Assembly (NCBI GenBank): GCA_036268405.1 | Contig: DATAUF010000072.1 | Span: 508-64,507, forward strand | Length of the DNA: 64,000 nt | From: Mycobacteriales bacterium | GTDB lineage: Bacteria > Actinomycetota > Actinomycetes > JAFAQI01 | Direction of reading: 5' to 3' | Shown here: positions 9,832 through 19,130 of the stretch, piece after piece | How the letters are laid out: each line of letters begins with the position of its first letter | Position numbering within the stretch: the stretch's first letter is position 1 | The notes under the pieces: model-generated | The model's input: the letters and a program-made list of their open reading frames with translations, nothing else | The model's database searches: none | What the model was told of the DNA's origin: nothing | Translations under genes and position numbers: made by a program

Positions 9832-10980
9832 GTGGACCACCGGCTGAGTGATGAGCACGAGGCCCTTCGCAAGAGCGTCGAGGCTTTCGCGCGAGATGTG
9901 GTCGCACCACAGGCCGAGCACGCCGACCGCACCGGCGAGTTCCCTTACGACGTCGTCGGCCAGATGGGCGAGATGGGCTTGTTCGGGCTGCCGTTTCCCG
10001 AGGAGTACGGCGGCATGGGCGGGGACTTCCTCGCGCTGTGCCTTGCCATCGAAGAGCTGGCGCGGGCCGACTCGAGCATCGCGATCACCTTGGAGGCGGC
10101 AGTCGGCCTCGGCTCGATGCCGGTCTACCGGTTCGGCACCGAGGAGCAGCGAAAGGAGTGGCTCCCGTCGCTGTGCCGGGGCGACAACCTCGCGGCGTTC
10201 GGTCTCACTGAGCCCGGCGGCGGCTCCGACGCGGGCAACGCGCGTACCCGTGCGGAGCTCGACGGTGACGAGTGGGTCGTCAACGGCACCAAGGCCTTCA
10301 TCACCAACGCGGGCACCGACATCACCAATCTCGTGACGGTGCTGTGCCGCACCGGCGAGCGCGCCGACGGCAAGCCGGAGCTCACCTCGATCATGGTGCC
10401 GGTGCCACACGACGGGTTCGCGCCGTCGAAGAAGTACGACAAGGTCGGCTGGCATGCGAGCGACACCCGTGAGCTGTCCTTCAAGGACTGCCGAGTGCCT
10501 GCCGCGAACGTGCTGGGCGAGCAGGGCCGGGGCTACGCACAGTTCCTCTCGACACTCGACGAAGGGCGCATCGCGATCTCCGCGCTGGCCGTCGGGCTGG
10601 CTCAGGCATGTGTCGACGAGTCGGTGCGCTACGCGCGTGAACGCGAAGCCTTCGGAGCGCCGATCGGGACCTACCAGGCGGTGGCGTTCCGGATCGCGGA
10701 CATGGAGATGCGCACTCACGTGGCGCGTTGCGCGTACCGCGACGCGGCATCGCGGATGCTTGCCGGCGAGCCGTTCAAACGAGAGGCCGCCATCGCCAAG
10801 CTCTACTCCTCGACGATCGCCGTCGACAACGCGCGTGACGCGACGCAGGTCTTCGGTGGCTACGGCTTCATGAACGAGTTCCCGGTTGCCCGTCACTGGC
10901 GGGACTCGAAGATCCTCGAGATCGGCGAAGGCACGTCCGAGATCCAGCGCATGCTCATCGCGCGCGACTTGGGACTGTGA
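9832..10980 (+). CDS. acyl-CoA dehydrogenase (isovaleryl-CoA dehydrogenase-like by context)
   Basis: ACAD motifs FGLTEPGGGSDAG and GGYGFMNEFPVARHWRDSKILEIGEGTSEIQR. Confidence 0.85.
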   Translation: MDHRLSDEHEALRKSVEAFARDVVAPQAEHADRTGEFPYDVVGQMGEMGLFGLPFPEEYGGMGGDFLALCLAIEELARADSSIAITLEAAVGLGSMPVYRFGTEEQRKEWLPSLCRGDNLAAFGLTEPGGGSDAGNARTRAELDGDEWVVNGTKAFITNAGTDITNLVTVLCRTGERADGKPELTSIMVPVPHDGFAPSKKYDKVGWHASDTRELSFKDCRVPAANVLGEQGRGYAQFLSTLDEGRIAISALAVGLAQACVDESVRYAREREAFGAPIGTYQAVAFRIADMEMRTHVARCAYRDAASRMLAGEPFKREAAIAKLYSSTIAVDNARDATQVFGGYGFMNEFPVARHWRDSKILEIGEGTSEIQRMLIARDLGL

Positions 10981-12080
10981 TGACCTCTCGGGCGACCGGC
11001 TTGCCGGTCGTCGGCATGGTCGGTGCCGGGCAGCTCGCCCGGATGACCCACCAGGCGGCGATCTCGCTCGGGTTGTCCTTGCGGGTGCTGGCGGACGCCG
11101 CCGACGACGGCGCGGCGACCGTGACGCCGGAGGTCGAGATCGGGTCGGCCACCGATCGCGAGGCGATCGAGCGGTTTGCGAAGACCTGTGACGTGGTGAC
11201 GTTCGATCACGAACACGTGCCCAACGACATGATCGCCTCCCTCACCTCGCTCGGTGCGATCATGCGGCCCGGCGCGACGGCGTTGCGCTACGCGCAGGAC
11301 AAGCGCGCGATGCGGCTGCGGCTGGCAAGCCTCGATATCCCGATGCCGAAGTGGACCGACGACCCGGAAGGATTGCCCCGCCCGTACGTCGCGAAGGCAG
11401 TCAGCGGCGGGTATGACGGCCGTGGCGTCTGGTTCGTGGCGGAAGGCGACAAGCTGCCCACCGGCGACCTCATCTTCGAAGAGCGCGTGACCATCGTGCA
11501 CGAGCTCGCGGTGCAGGTGGCGCGGACTCCTTCCGGCAAGACGCGTTGCTGGCCCGTCGTCGAGACCGTCCAGGAAGACGGCATCTGCGTCGAGGTCATC
11601 GCCCCCGCACCGAGGCTCAGTCACACCCTCGCCGCCGAGGCGCAGGCGCTCGCGGTGCGGATCGCCGATGAGCTCGGCGTCGTCGGCGTCCTCGCGGTCG
11701 AGCTGTTCGAGGTGCCCGGCGGACTGCTCGTCAACGAGCTCGCGATGCGCCCGCACAACTCGGGCCACTGGTCGATCGAGGGCTCGACAACCAGCCAGTT
11801 CGAACAGCACCTGCGCGCGGTCCTCGACTGGCCACTCGGCGACACCCGGATCCGCACGCCGTACGCCGTCATGGTGAACCTGATCGGCGGCTCGGGGACC
11901 AACCTCGCCAAGTCGCTGCCGGCGGCGTTGGGCGCGGTGCCGAACTGCTCGATCCATCTCTATGGCAAGTCGGCCCGGCCCGGTCGCAAGCTGGGCCACG
12001 TCACGGCACTGGGTAGCGATCTCGACGAGACGCGAGAGCGGGCGCGCACCGCCGTCGCCGTGCTGAGAGGGGATGCCTGA
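10977..12080 (+). CDS. purK: 5-(carboxyamino)imidazole ribonucleotide synthase
   Basis: ATP-grasp PurK pattern [12 protein letters not shown]...HNSGHW. Start overlaps the ACAD stop. Confidence 0.9.
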   Translation: MMTSRATGLPVVGMVGAGQLARMTHQAAISLGLSLRVLADAADDGAATVTPEVEIGSATDREAIERFAKTCDVVTFDHEHVPNDMIASLTSLGAIMRPGATALRYAQDKRAMRLRLASLDIPMPKWTDDPEGLPRPYVAKAVSGGYDGRGVWFVAEGDKLPTGDLIFEERVTIVHELAVQVARTPSGKTRCWPVVETVQEDGICVEVIAPAPRLSHTLAAEAQALAVRIADELGVVGVLAVELFEVPGGLLVNELAMRPHNSGHWSIEGSTTSQFEQHLRAVLDWPLGDTRIRTPYAVMVNLIGGSGTNLAKSLPAALGAVPNCSIHLYGKSARPGRKLGHVTALGSDLDETRERARTAVAVLRGDA

Positions 12081-12585
12081 GATGGCGGCTGTTGTGGCGA
12101 TCGTGATGGGCAGCGACTCGGACTGGCCGACGATGCGTGCGGCCGCGGACGCCCTCGAGGAGTTTCGCGTCGAGACCGAGGTGCGGGTCGTGTCGGCGCA
12201 CCGCACACCCGCCGACATGCTGGAGTACGGCGCGACGGCCGCCGACCGCGGCCTGCGCGTGATCATCGCGGGGGCAGGTGGAGCGGCGCATCTGCCCGGC
12301 ATGCTGGCCTCGGTGACTCCGCTGCCCGTGATCGGCGTACCCGTGCCGCTCGCGCACCTCGATGGCATCGACTCGCTGTTGTCGATCGTGCAGATGCCTG
12401 CGGGGGTGCCGGTTGCGACGGTCTCGGTCGCCGGCGCGCGCAACGCGGGCCTGCTGGCCGTGCGCATGCTCGGCATCTCCGATCCCGCGCTGCGGGATGC
12501 AATGGTGGAGTTCCAAGCGGCGCTCGCGGACACTGCCCGGACCAAGAACGACGCCCTGCAAGCCGATCTCGGCGGCGACGGGTGA
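12073..12585 (+). CDS. purE: 5-(carboxyamino)imidazole ribonucleotide mutase
   Basis: [30 protein letters not shown]. Confidence 0.92.
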   Translation: MPEMAAVVAIVMGSDSDWPTMRAAADALEEFRVETEVRVVSAHRTPADMLEYGATAADRGLRVIIAGAGGAAHLPGMLASVTPLPVIGVPVPLAHLDGIDSLLSIVQMPAGVPVATVSVAGARNAGLLAVRMLGISDPALRDAMVEFQAALADTARTKNDALQADLGGDG

Positions 12586-13814
12586 CCCAGGCGGCCCGCT
12601 CGACCGAGGCTGCCGAACTCGTCGCCTGGACCGTCGAGGTCGACGACCCCGGTGAGCTGCTGACCTGGCTTCCGGCCGGACACGCCTTCGGCTTCCTGCG
12701 AGGCGGCGACGGAATCGTGGGCTGGGGCGAGGCGCTGCGTCTGGAGACCCGGGAGCCTGCGGCGGTCGCGGAAGCGCTTGCCGCGGTGACTGCGCGTGAC
12801 GACGTCGGACTGCCGGGCAGCGGCCCCATCGCGATCGTCTCGCTCGGCTTCGACCCTGTGGCTGATACCTCGGTGGTCGTCGTTCCCAAGGTGGTGCTCG
12901 GGCGGCGCGAGGGACGTTCGTGGCTGACGCTCGTCAACCCACCCGGTGCGGTCGCGGTCCCCGCGCTGCGCCGGCGGCCGGTCGCCGCCGCGACCGCCCC
13001 GCCCGCGACGCTCACCGCAGCGGTGCCGTCAGAGGCGGTGTGGGCTGACGCGGTTGCGTCCTCGGTCGCGGCTATTCGCGCCGGATCGCTGGACAAGGTG
13101 GTGCTCGCGCGGGCGCTCGACGTCACCGCCCCTGCCTTGATCGACCCTCGTGCGGTCGCCGCGCGGCTCGCGACGCGCTTTCCCTCGTGCTTCACGTTCG
13201 TGTGCGACGGCCTCGTGGGCGCATCGCCGGAGCTCCTGGTGCGCCGGATCGGACGCCATGCCGAGTCGATCGTCCTGGCCGGCACCGTTCGGCGTGGTGA
13301 GGGCACGCAGGAGGACGCGGACCTCGAGCGCGAGCTGCTCGGATCGGCCAAGGATGCCGCCGAGCACAGGTTCGCAGCCGACTCCGTCCGCGAGGTGTTT
13401 GCTTCCGTCGCCGCGGACGTGGTCAGCGACGGAGCACCTGCGCTGCTGCGACTGGCCAACGTCACGCATCTGGCCACCCACGTCGAAGCGTGGCTGCGCC
13501 CCGATGCGCCCACGGCGATGGAGCTCGCGTCGTTGCTGCATCCCACTGCGGCGGTCGGGGGGACGCCGCGCGCGACGGCGCTGGCGATGATCGCCGAGCT
13601 GGAAGCCGCGCCGCGCGGCCGCTACGCGGCTCCCGTGGGATGGATGGACGCCAAGGGTGACGGCGAGTTCGCGATCGCGCTGCGATGCGCTCAGCTCTCC
13701 GCGGATACCGCGCGGCTGTGGGCCGGCGCGGGGATCGTCGCCGACTCCGATCCCGACGCGGAGGTCGCGGAGACCACGGCCAAGTTCGACGCCGTCCTGT
13801 CCGCGTTGCTGTAA
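12582..13814 (+). CDS. menF: isochorismate synthase (menaquinone-specific type)
   Basis: Chorismate-binding C-terminal block [10 protein letters not shown]...[10 protein letters not shown]...FAIALRCA...[14 protein letters not shown] overlap with purE. Confidence 0.8.
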   Translation: MTQAARSTEAAELVAWTVEVDDPGELLTWLPAGHAFGFLRGGDGIVGWGEALRLETREPAAVAEALAAVTARDDVGLPGSGPIAIVSLGFDPVADTSVVVVPKVVLGRREGRSWLTLVNPPGAVAVPALRRRPVAAATAPPATLTAAVPSEAVWADAVASSVAAIRAGSLDKVVLARALDVTAPALIDPRAVAARLATRFPSCFTFVCDGLVGASPELLVRRIGRHAESIVLAGTVRRGEGTQEDADLERELLGSAKDAAEHRFAADSVREVFASVAADVVSDGAPALLRLANVTHLATHVEAWLRPDAPTAMELASLLHPTAAVGGTPRATALAMIAELEAAPRGRYAAPVGWMDAKGDGEFAIALRCAQLSADTARLWAGAGIVADSDPDAEVAETTAKFDAVLSALL

Positions 13815-13822
13815 GGGGAACG

Positions 13823-14593
13823 ATGGCGAGAGTCCGGCAGCGACGGTCGACGGGCGCAGCGCTGAGCCAGGCACGGCGCTACCCGAGTCGTGCTCGCTGG
13901 TATCTGCACCGGCTTCGCCGCGACACGATGCTCCGGCTCCGCCATCGAGATCATCTCGCCTACTACGGCGCGGTGGTTGACGACCTCGTCGTGCAGGGAA
14001 AGGCGACGGCGGTTGGCAACGTCGATAGCCGGGGCTGGCGGCAGATCGGCAAGCTCCAGTTCGACTTCCTCAAGCAGCACGGGCTGCAACCGCAAGACCG
14101 GATCCTCGAGATCGGCTGTGGCAACCTTCGCGCCGGATGGCACCTCATCCGCTACCTCGAGCCCGGTAACTACTACGGCATCGATATCTCTCAGCAGGTG
14201 CTCTTCGCCGCGCAGCAGACCGTAATCGACCGAGGTCTCATGGACCGGCGACCGTACCTCGTGCTGGTCAAGGACATGGACCTCGCGTTCCTGCCGGACC
14301 AGGCGTTCGATGTCGTCCATGCGCACAGCGTCTTCTCACACGCGCCTCTCGATGTGATCGAGGACTGCTTCGCCCATGTCGGGCGCGTGATGAAGCCGGG
14401 TGGGTACTTCGACTTCACCTTCAAGCGGACCGAGGGTCAGGAGTACGGCAAGCTCCGCGAGGACTTCTACTACCGGACCGAGACGCTCATCTCGGCAGCG
14501 GAGAAGCACGGACTGCGTGCCCGTTTCATGGACGACTGGGAAGCACTCGGCCATTCCCAGTCCAAGATCAGGATCACCCTGCCTGCGGCATAG
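13823..14593 (+). CDS. class I SAM-dependent methyltransferase
   Basis: Motif I ILEIGCGNLRAG and post-I YGIDIS. ATG at 13823 inside ORF 13685..14593. Confidence 0.7.
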   Translation: MARVRQRRSTGAALSQARRYPSRARWYLHRLRRDTMLRLRHRDHLAYYGAVVDDLVVQGKATAVGNVDSRGWRQIGKLQFDFLKQHGLQPQDRILEIGCGNLRAGWHLIRYLEPGNYYGIDISQQVLFAAQQTVIDRGLMDRRPYLVLVKDMDLAFLPDQAFDVVHAHSVFSHAPLDVIEDCFAHVGRVMKPGGYFDFTFKRTEGQEYGKLREDFYYRTETLISAAEKHGLRARFMDDWEALGHSQSKIRITLPAA

Positions 14594-14600
14594 TGATCGC

Positions 14601-14762
14601 ATGACGCTTGAGGTTTCCCGTGACATCGCCGCTTCTCCCGATGCGGTGTACGCCGCAATCTCGGATGTCGCTCGGATGGGCGAGTGGTCCGAGGAGTGTC
14701 ACGCGTGTCAATGGCGCTATCGCTCGGTTTGTGCAGACCCAGCAGTAGCCCGCTACCGCTAG
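14601..14762 (+). pseudogene. SRPBCC (polyketide cyclase/dehydrase-like) gene remnant, N-terminal ~38 aa only
   Basis: MTLEVSRDIAASPDAVYAAISDVARMGEWSEECHACQW is a typical SRPBCC N-terminus. The frame then runs into unrelated sequence and stops after 53 aa, whereas the family is normally about 140-160 aa. Confidence 0.55.
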
Positions 14763-14775
14763 CCCTGCACAAACC
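14726..14775. terminator. long stem-loop between convergent genes (perfect 11-bp inverted repeat GGTTTGTGCAG / CTGCACAAACC)
   Basis: Arms at 14726-14736 and 14765-14775, read directly. The 28-nt interior can pair further (GCAGTAGC/GCTACCGC). There is no U-tract. Confidence 0.4.
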
Positions 14776-14776
14776 C

Positions 14777-15478
14777 CTAGCTCAGCTTGGCTTTGAGGAA
14801 GTCGACGGCGCGGTTCCAGGCGATGCCGGCCTGCTCCTCGTCGTACGTGCCGAGCAGGTTGTCGTCGTTGTGGAACGCGTGACCGGCGGGGTAGTAGAAG
14901 TACTCGACCTCAGTGCCCGACTCGGTGCGGATCTGCTCGGCCTGCTCGCGCGCTGCGTCGGCCGGGAAGAAGTCGTCCTTCTCGGCGTAGTGCCCTTGGA
15001 TGGCTGCCGTGATGCCCGCGTAGGTCTCCGGCACGGCGGGTCCGACACCGTAGAACGGCACCGCCGCCGCGATTCGCTCACCCTGCTGGGCAGCCAGCAT
15101 CAGCACGAACCCACCGCCCATGCAGAAGCCGATCGCGCCGATCTTGCCCGAGGTGACCGCTTCATGTCCGATCAGGAAGTCCACGGCGCCGGCGAGGTCG
15201 AGCGCGGCCTGGTCGACCGGGAGGCTCATCATCAGCGAGCCGGCCTCGTCGGAGTCATGGGTGGTCGTGCCGCCGTACAGGTCAGGCGCGAGTGCGACGA
15301 AGCCCTCCACCGCCAGTTGGTCTGTGATCCGCGCGATGTAGTCGGTAAGTCCCCACCACTCCTGGATCACGATCACCCCAGGGCCGCTTCCGGATGCCGG
15401 GGTGGCGAGATAGCCGTGGGCGTGGTCGCCGTTGCTGGCGAAGCTGACGTTCTGTCGTGGGTTGTCCTCGTGTGCCAT
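14777..15478 (-). CDS. dienelactone hydrolase family protein
   Basis: GVIVIQEWWGL and nucleophile elbow GFCMGGG. Start MAHEDNP (cat 15476-15478). Confidence 0.8.
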   Translation of the reverse strand: MAHEDNPRQNVSFASNGDHAHGYLATPASGSGPGVIVIQEWWGLTDYIARITDQLAVEGFVALAPDLYGGTTTHDSDEAGSLMMSLPVDQAALDLAGAVDFLIGHEAVTSGKIGAIGFCMGGGFVLMLAAQQGERIAAAVPFYGVGPAVPETYAGITAAIQGHYAEKDDFFPADAAREQAEQIRTESGTEVEYFYYPAGHAFHNDDNLLGTYDEEQAGIAWNRAVDFLKAKLS

Positions 15479-15521
15479 GTCCGATGCCTTCCCACTTCGG
15501 CGCTGCTCGATGCAGCTGACC

Positions 15522-17213
15522 CTATGACCCTGCCGTGACCGCTCGGAGCCGGGCATGCAGCGTCACGTTCTCGGCGCGATCCGTCTTCACCTCGACGATG
15601 CGGATTCCGTCCGGCGCGGACAGGGCTTCGGTCAGCTCGGCGGACGTCGTTGCGCGTCGGTAGTCGATCCCGTAAGCCGCGGCGAGGGCGTCGAGCCTCG
15701 CGCCGTGTGGCGTGCCGAAGAGTTGCTCGAATGCTGCGTCCGGCACAGCGCTTGCCTGCGGGAGCAGCGAGAAGATGCCGCCACCGTCGTTGTTGATGAC
15801 GACGAACGTGACATCGGGTCGTGGTCCTGAGCCGACCAGGAAGCCGTTGCTGTCGTGCAGCAGCGACAGGTCCCCGCACAGCGCGACGGTCGGGGGCTCC
15901 GGGCGAGCCAGCGCGATTCCGAGCGCGGTCGAGACGAACCCGTCGATGCCGCTGACGCCGCGGTTCGCGTAGACCGTGATGTCGTCGCGCGGTTCCATCA
16001 CCAGATCGAGATCGCGGATCGGCATGGAGGACGCGACGACAAGGGACCCGCCCACCGGCAGGGCGCGAGCGATATCGCGAGCGACCCGTGGCTCGGTCAG
16101 ACCGGCTTCCGCGTCGAGCAGCGCGTCGATCGCGGCAGCAGCTCGCTCCGCGCGCTTCTGCCAGCCTGCGCTCCAGTCCGCCTCGGCGCGATACGTCGCT
16201 GGGTCGAGCTCGTCGAAACAGCTGGTCTCGCACCGGACGATCGCTCGGGCGGTGCGGGTGACGTCCCAGTTGCCGCCGTCGGGCGAGATGACGAGGTGCG
16301 GCGTCTCCCGAAGCCAGTCGAGGAGCGGTCGCGACAGGCCGACCCGGCCGACCACGACGACAAGGTCGGGTGCATACGTCGCGGTGAAGTCGCTGTCGCG
16401 CAACACCGCGTCCGCGGCCCGGATGGCCGAGGTACCGAGCCGTGCGTTGCTGTGCGGCTCGGCGATCAGCGGCCAGCCGACCTGCTCGCACCACCGTGCG
16501 ATCGGGATGGGATCGCCGGCGTTGTCTCCGACGACCACGACTGCATTGCGCACGTTGTCCAGCGCGGCTGCAAGGTCGACGTGCGAAGCTCCGGCGGGCG
16601 CCGTGACCATCACGCGCTCGCGCTCGAGACCCAGATCATGATCGAACCCGATGCCGTCATCGGTCGGGACCAGTGGCTCACGCAACGCGAGGTTGAGGTG
16701 CACCGGTCCGGCGGGGCCGCCTTGCTGGCCGAGGCAGCACTCGACCGTCCTGCGTACGGTCTCTCGCCACTCGTCGACCGCGTCAACATGCGCCTCAGGC
16801 GCCGGGACGTCGTAGGACCAGCGCACCGCGCTGCCGTAGAGCCCGGACTGCTCGACGGTCTGGTTGGCGCCGATCCCGTGCAGCTCTGCCGGCCGGTCGG
16901 CGGTGAGCGCGAGCAGTGGCACCCGCGCCAGGTCCGCCTCGAGCACCGCGCCGTGGAAGTACGTCGTCGCCGTTCCTGACGTACACAGCACCGGGACGAC
17001 TGAACCCGACGCCTTGGCGATTCCGAGCGCGAGGTACGCGGCGGACCGCTCGTCGATCCGGACGTGCACAGCGATCTGCGAGTGCTCGGCGAAGGCGAGG
17101 GCGATCGGCGTCGACCGGGAGCCCGGCGCGATGACTGCGTGATGGACTCCTCGGCGCGCCAGCTCATCGACGAATACCAGCGCGAAAGCCCGCCCGGCGT
17201 TCTCAGCTGGCAT
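15522..17213 (-). CDS. menD: 2-succinyl-5-enolpyruvyl-6-hydroxy-3-cyclohexene-1-carboxylate synthase
   Basis: ThDP enzyme motifs APGSRSTPIA and GDLSLLHDSNG...NNDGGGIF. Start MPAENAG at 17213. The longer ORF extension overlaps menC. Confidence 0.88.
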   Translation of the reverse strand: MPAENAGRAFALVFVDELARRGVHHAVIAPGSRSTPIALAFAEHSQIAVHVRIDERSAAYLALGIAKASGSVVPVLCTSGTATTYFHGAVLEADLARVPLLALTADRPAELHGIGANQTVEQSGLYGSAVRWSYDVPAPEAHVDAVDEWRETVRRTVECCLGQQGGPAGPVHLNLALREPLVPTDDGIGFDHDLGLERERVMVTAPAGASHVDLAAALDNVRNAVVVVGDNAGDPIPIARWCEQVGWPLIAEPHSNARLGTSAIRAADAVLRDSDFTATYAPDLVVVVGRVGLSRPLLDWLRETPHLVISPDGGNWDVTRTARAIVRCETSCFDELDPATYRAEADWSAGWQKRAERAAAAIDALLDAEAGLTEPRVARDIARALPVGGSLVVASSMPIRDLDLVMEPRDDITVYANRGVSGIDGFVSTALGIALARPEPPTVALCGDLSLLHDSNGFLVGSGPRPDVTFVVINNDGGGIFSLLPQASAVPDAAFEQLFGTPHGARLDALAAAYGIDYRRATTSAELTEALSAPDGIRIVEVKTDRAENVTLHARLRAVTAGS

Positions 17214-18159
17214 CGAGTACCTCTCCCGCCGCTGCGAAGCGGCCGTTCCACCACGCGATCTGTCCGTCGTCAGTGGCGTACTTCGCAAGCATGTCGGAGC
17301 TCGGCGCCACCCGTCGGACCGCGATGGATCCGTCGACCGGCACCAGTGAGTCGTCGCAGATGTCACCGGCCAACAGCGGGATGGTGCCGAGCCCGCAGGC
17401 GAACGGCAGATCCGGGAGTGCGGCGGCGAGCGCCAGGCCGGCGGCGATGCCGACTGACGTCTCGACGGCGCTGGAGACGACCACCGGCAGGCCGCACGCT
17501 TCGGCGACTGCAAGACAGACTCGTACGCCGCCAAGCGGCTGAACCTTCAGCACGACGACGTCGGCTGCATCCAGGCCGGCAACCCGCAGTGGATCCTCCG
17601 CCGTCCGGATCGACTCGTCGGCTGCCAGTCGCACGTCGACCCGGCGCCGGAGTGCCGCCATGTCCTCCAGGTGAGGGACGGGTTGCTCGGCGTACTCGAG
17701 GTCGAAGCGACTGAGCTCCGTCAGGGCATGTGCTGCCCGGTCAACGTCCCACGCGGCGTTGGCGTCGATTCGAAGCGCACCGGATGGACCAAGCGCATCG
17801 CGCACCGCCTCGACGCGTGCGATGTCGTCGGCGAGCGTCTGGCCGGTTTCGGCCACCTTCACCTTCGCGGTCGAGCAGCCGGACGCCGCAACCATGGCGT
17901 GTGCCTGCTCCGGGCCGACCGCCGGCACGGTGGTGTTGACCGCCACCGTGGTCCGCAAGGGCGCCGGCCAGCCGAGCTCGGCCGCCTCTCGAGCGGCGGC
18001 CAACCAGCGCGCGCAGGTCGCCGCGTCGTAGTCCGGGAACGGTGAGAACTCTCCCCAGCCGGCGGCGCCTTCGATCACCATGCCGAGGCGGTGCTCCTGG
18101 CCGCGGAACCGCACCCTCATCGGAATGTCGAAGACGTGTCCTCGGATGGTTTGCGTCAC
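17203..18159 (-). CDS. menC: o-succinylbenzoate synthase
   Basis: Enolase-superfamily pattern KVKV...RIDANAAW...LEYAEQP...DES. Lies between menD and menA. Confidence 0.85.
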   Translation of the reverse strand: MTQTIRGHVFDIPMRVRFRGQEHRLGMVIEGAAGWGEFSPFPDYDAATCARWLAAAREAAELGWPAPLRTTVAVNTTVPAVGPEQAHAMVAASGCSTAKVKVAETGQTLADDIARVEAVRDALGPSGALRIDANAAWDVDRAAHALTELSRFDLEYAEQPVPHLEDMAALRRRVDVRLAADESIRTAEDPLRVAGLDAADVVVLKVQPLGGVRVCLAVAEACGLPVVVSSAVETSVGIAAGLALAAALPDLPFACGLGTIPLLAGDICDDSLVPVDGSIAVRRVAPSSDMLAKYATDDGQIAWWNGRFAAAGEVLDAS

Positions 18160-18181
18160 CGGTTCAACAGGGCCAACGGTG

Positions 18182-19072
18182 TCAACGAATCAGCAGTCCG
18201 GCCGCGAGCAGCACCGCGACTGCGAGCTCCAGACGACCGGTACCGCCGAGCGCTGGGATCAGCGCGCGGCCCACGCCGCCGCCGCGGACCGCCGCGATCG
18301 GCTCACGGGCGAGCGGCAGTGCGAGCACCGCTAGCAATGGCCAGGCTGAGCGAGCGGCGAACGGTTCGGCGACGACGGCCAGTGCAAGGCCGAGCGCGAT
18401 TGCGGCGACGAAGAGCTGGCGGGTGCGTGCCTCGCCGATCCGGACGGCGAGCGTCCGCTTGCCCGCCACCGCATCGGTCGGGACGTCGCGCAGGTTGTTC
18501 ACGACGAGGATCGCGACCGCGAGTACGCCGGTGGCGGCGGCTGCGATCCAGGCGGTTGCCGGCAACCGGCTGTGCTGCACGTACGACGAGCCAAGGGTTG
18601 CGACTAGGCCGAAGAACACGAATACGAAGACCTCGCCGAGCCCGGCGGACGCATACGGTCGCGGCCCGCCGCTGTAGCCGAGCAGCGCGAGGAACGCCGC
18701 AGCGCCGACCACGAGCAGCCACCACGACACGACGGCGGCGAGCGCCAGGCCGGCGGCGGCCGCAACGGTCATCGCGAGGCCGATCGCAACCCGCATCGCG
18801 CGCGGTGAGACCAGCCCGCTCGCGACTGCGCGTCGGGGCCCGGCGCGTTGCACGGTGTCCACGCCTCGGACTCCGTCGAAGTAGTCGTTGGCGTAGTTGA
18901 CGGCGATCTGGACAGCGAGCGCGACGACGACGACGAGTGCGAACCGCGGCCAGTCCAGATGCAGCGCGCTACCGGCGCGAGCGCCGGCCGCGGTGCCGAC
19001 GAGGACCGGGGCGAGCGACGCCGGCAGGGTGCGCGGACGAGCCGCCTCCACCCACACCTTCATCGGTGCCAC
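18182..19072 (-). CDS. menA: 1,4-dihydroxy-2-naphthoate polyprenyltransferase
   Basis: UbiA-family motif NYANDYFDGVRGVD and a polytopic hydrophobic profile. Confidence 0.88.
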   Translation of the reverse strand: MAPMKVWVEAARPRTLPASLAPVLVGTAAGARAGSALHLDWPRFALVVVVALAVQIAVNYANDYFDGVRGVDTVQRAGPRRAVASGLVSPRAMRVAIGLAMTVAAAAGLALAAVVSWWLLVVGAAAFLALLGYSGGPRPYASAGLGEVFVFVFFGLVATLGSSYVQHSRLPATAWIAAAATGVLAVAILVVNNLRDVPTDAVAGKRTLAVRIGEARTRQLFVAAIALGLALAVVAEPFAARSAWPLLAVLALPLAREPIAAVRGGGVGRALIPALGGTGRLELAVAVLLAAGLLIR

Positions 19073-19130
19073 CGTCGTCTCTCCATCTCCGGCATTGCTG
19101 CCTGCCGAGCCGGTCTACCGTCGTACCACG

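Noticed and set aside
10893-13546. 596-aa and 427-aa minus-strand ORFs (10893..12683 and 12263..13546)
   Set aside because: They are antisense to purK/purE/menF, which carry unambiguous family motifs. Their composition is Ser/Arg/Ala-rich without domains.
15522-17534. 107-aa N-terminal extension of MenD in the 670-aa ORF. Similar upstream extensions occur in ORFs 13685, 18897, 23934, 36275, 40772, 43777, 47707, 48440, 50326, 55572 and 56564.
   Set aside because: The extensions overlap the neighbouring gene or have Arg/Pro/Ser-rich composition without family similarity. Internal starts that restore canonical N-termini were used instead.
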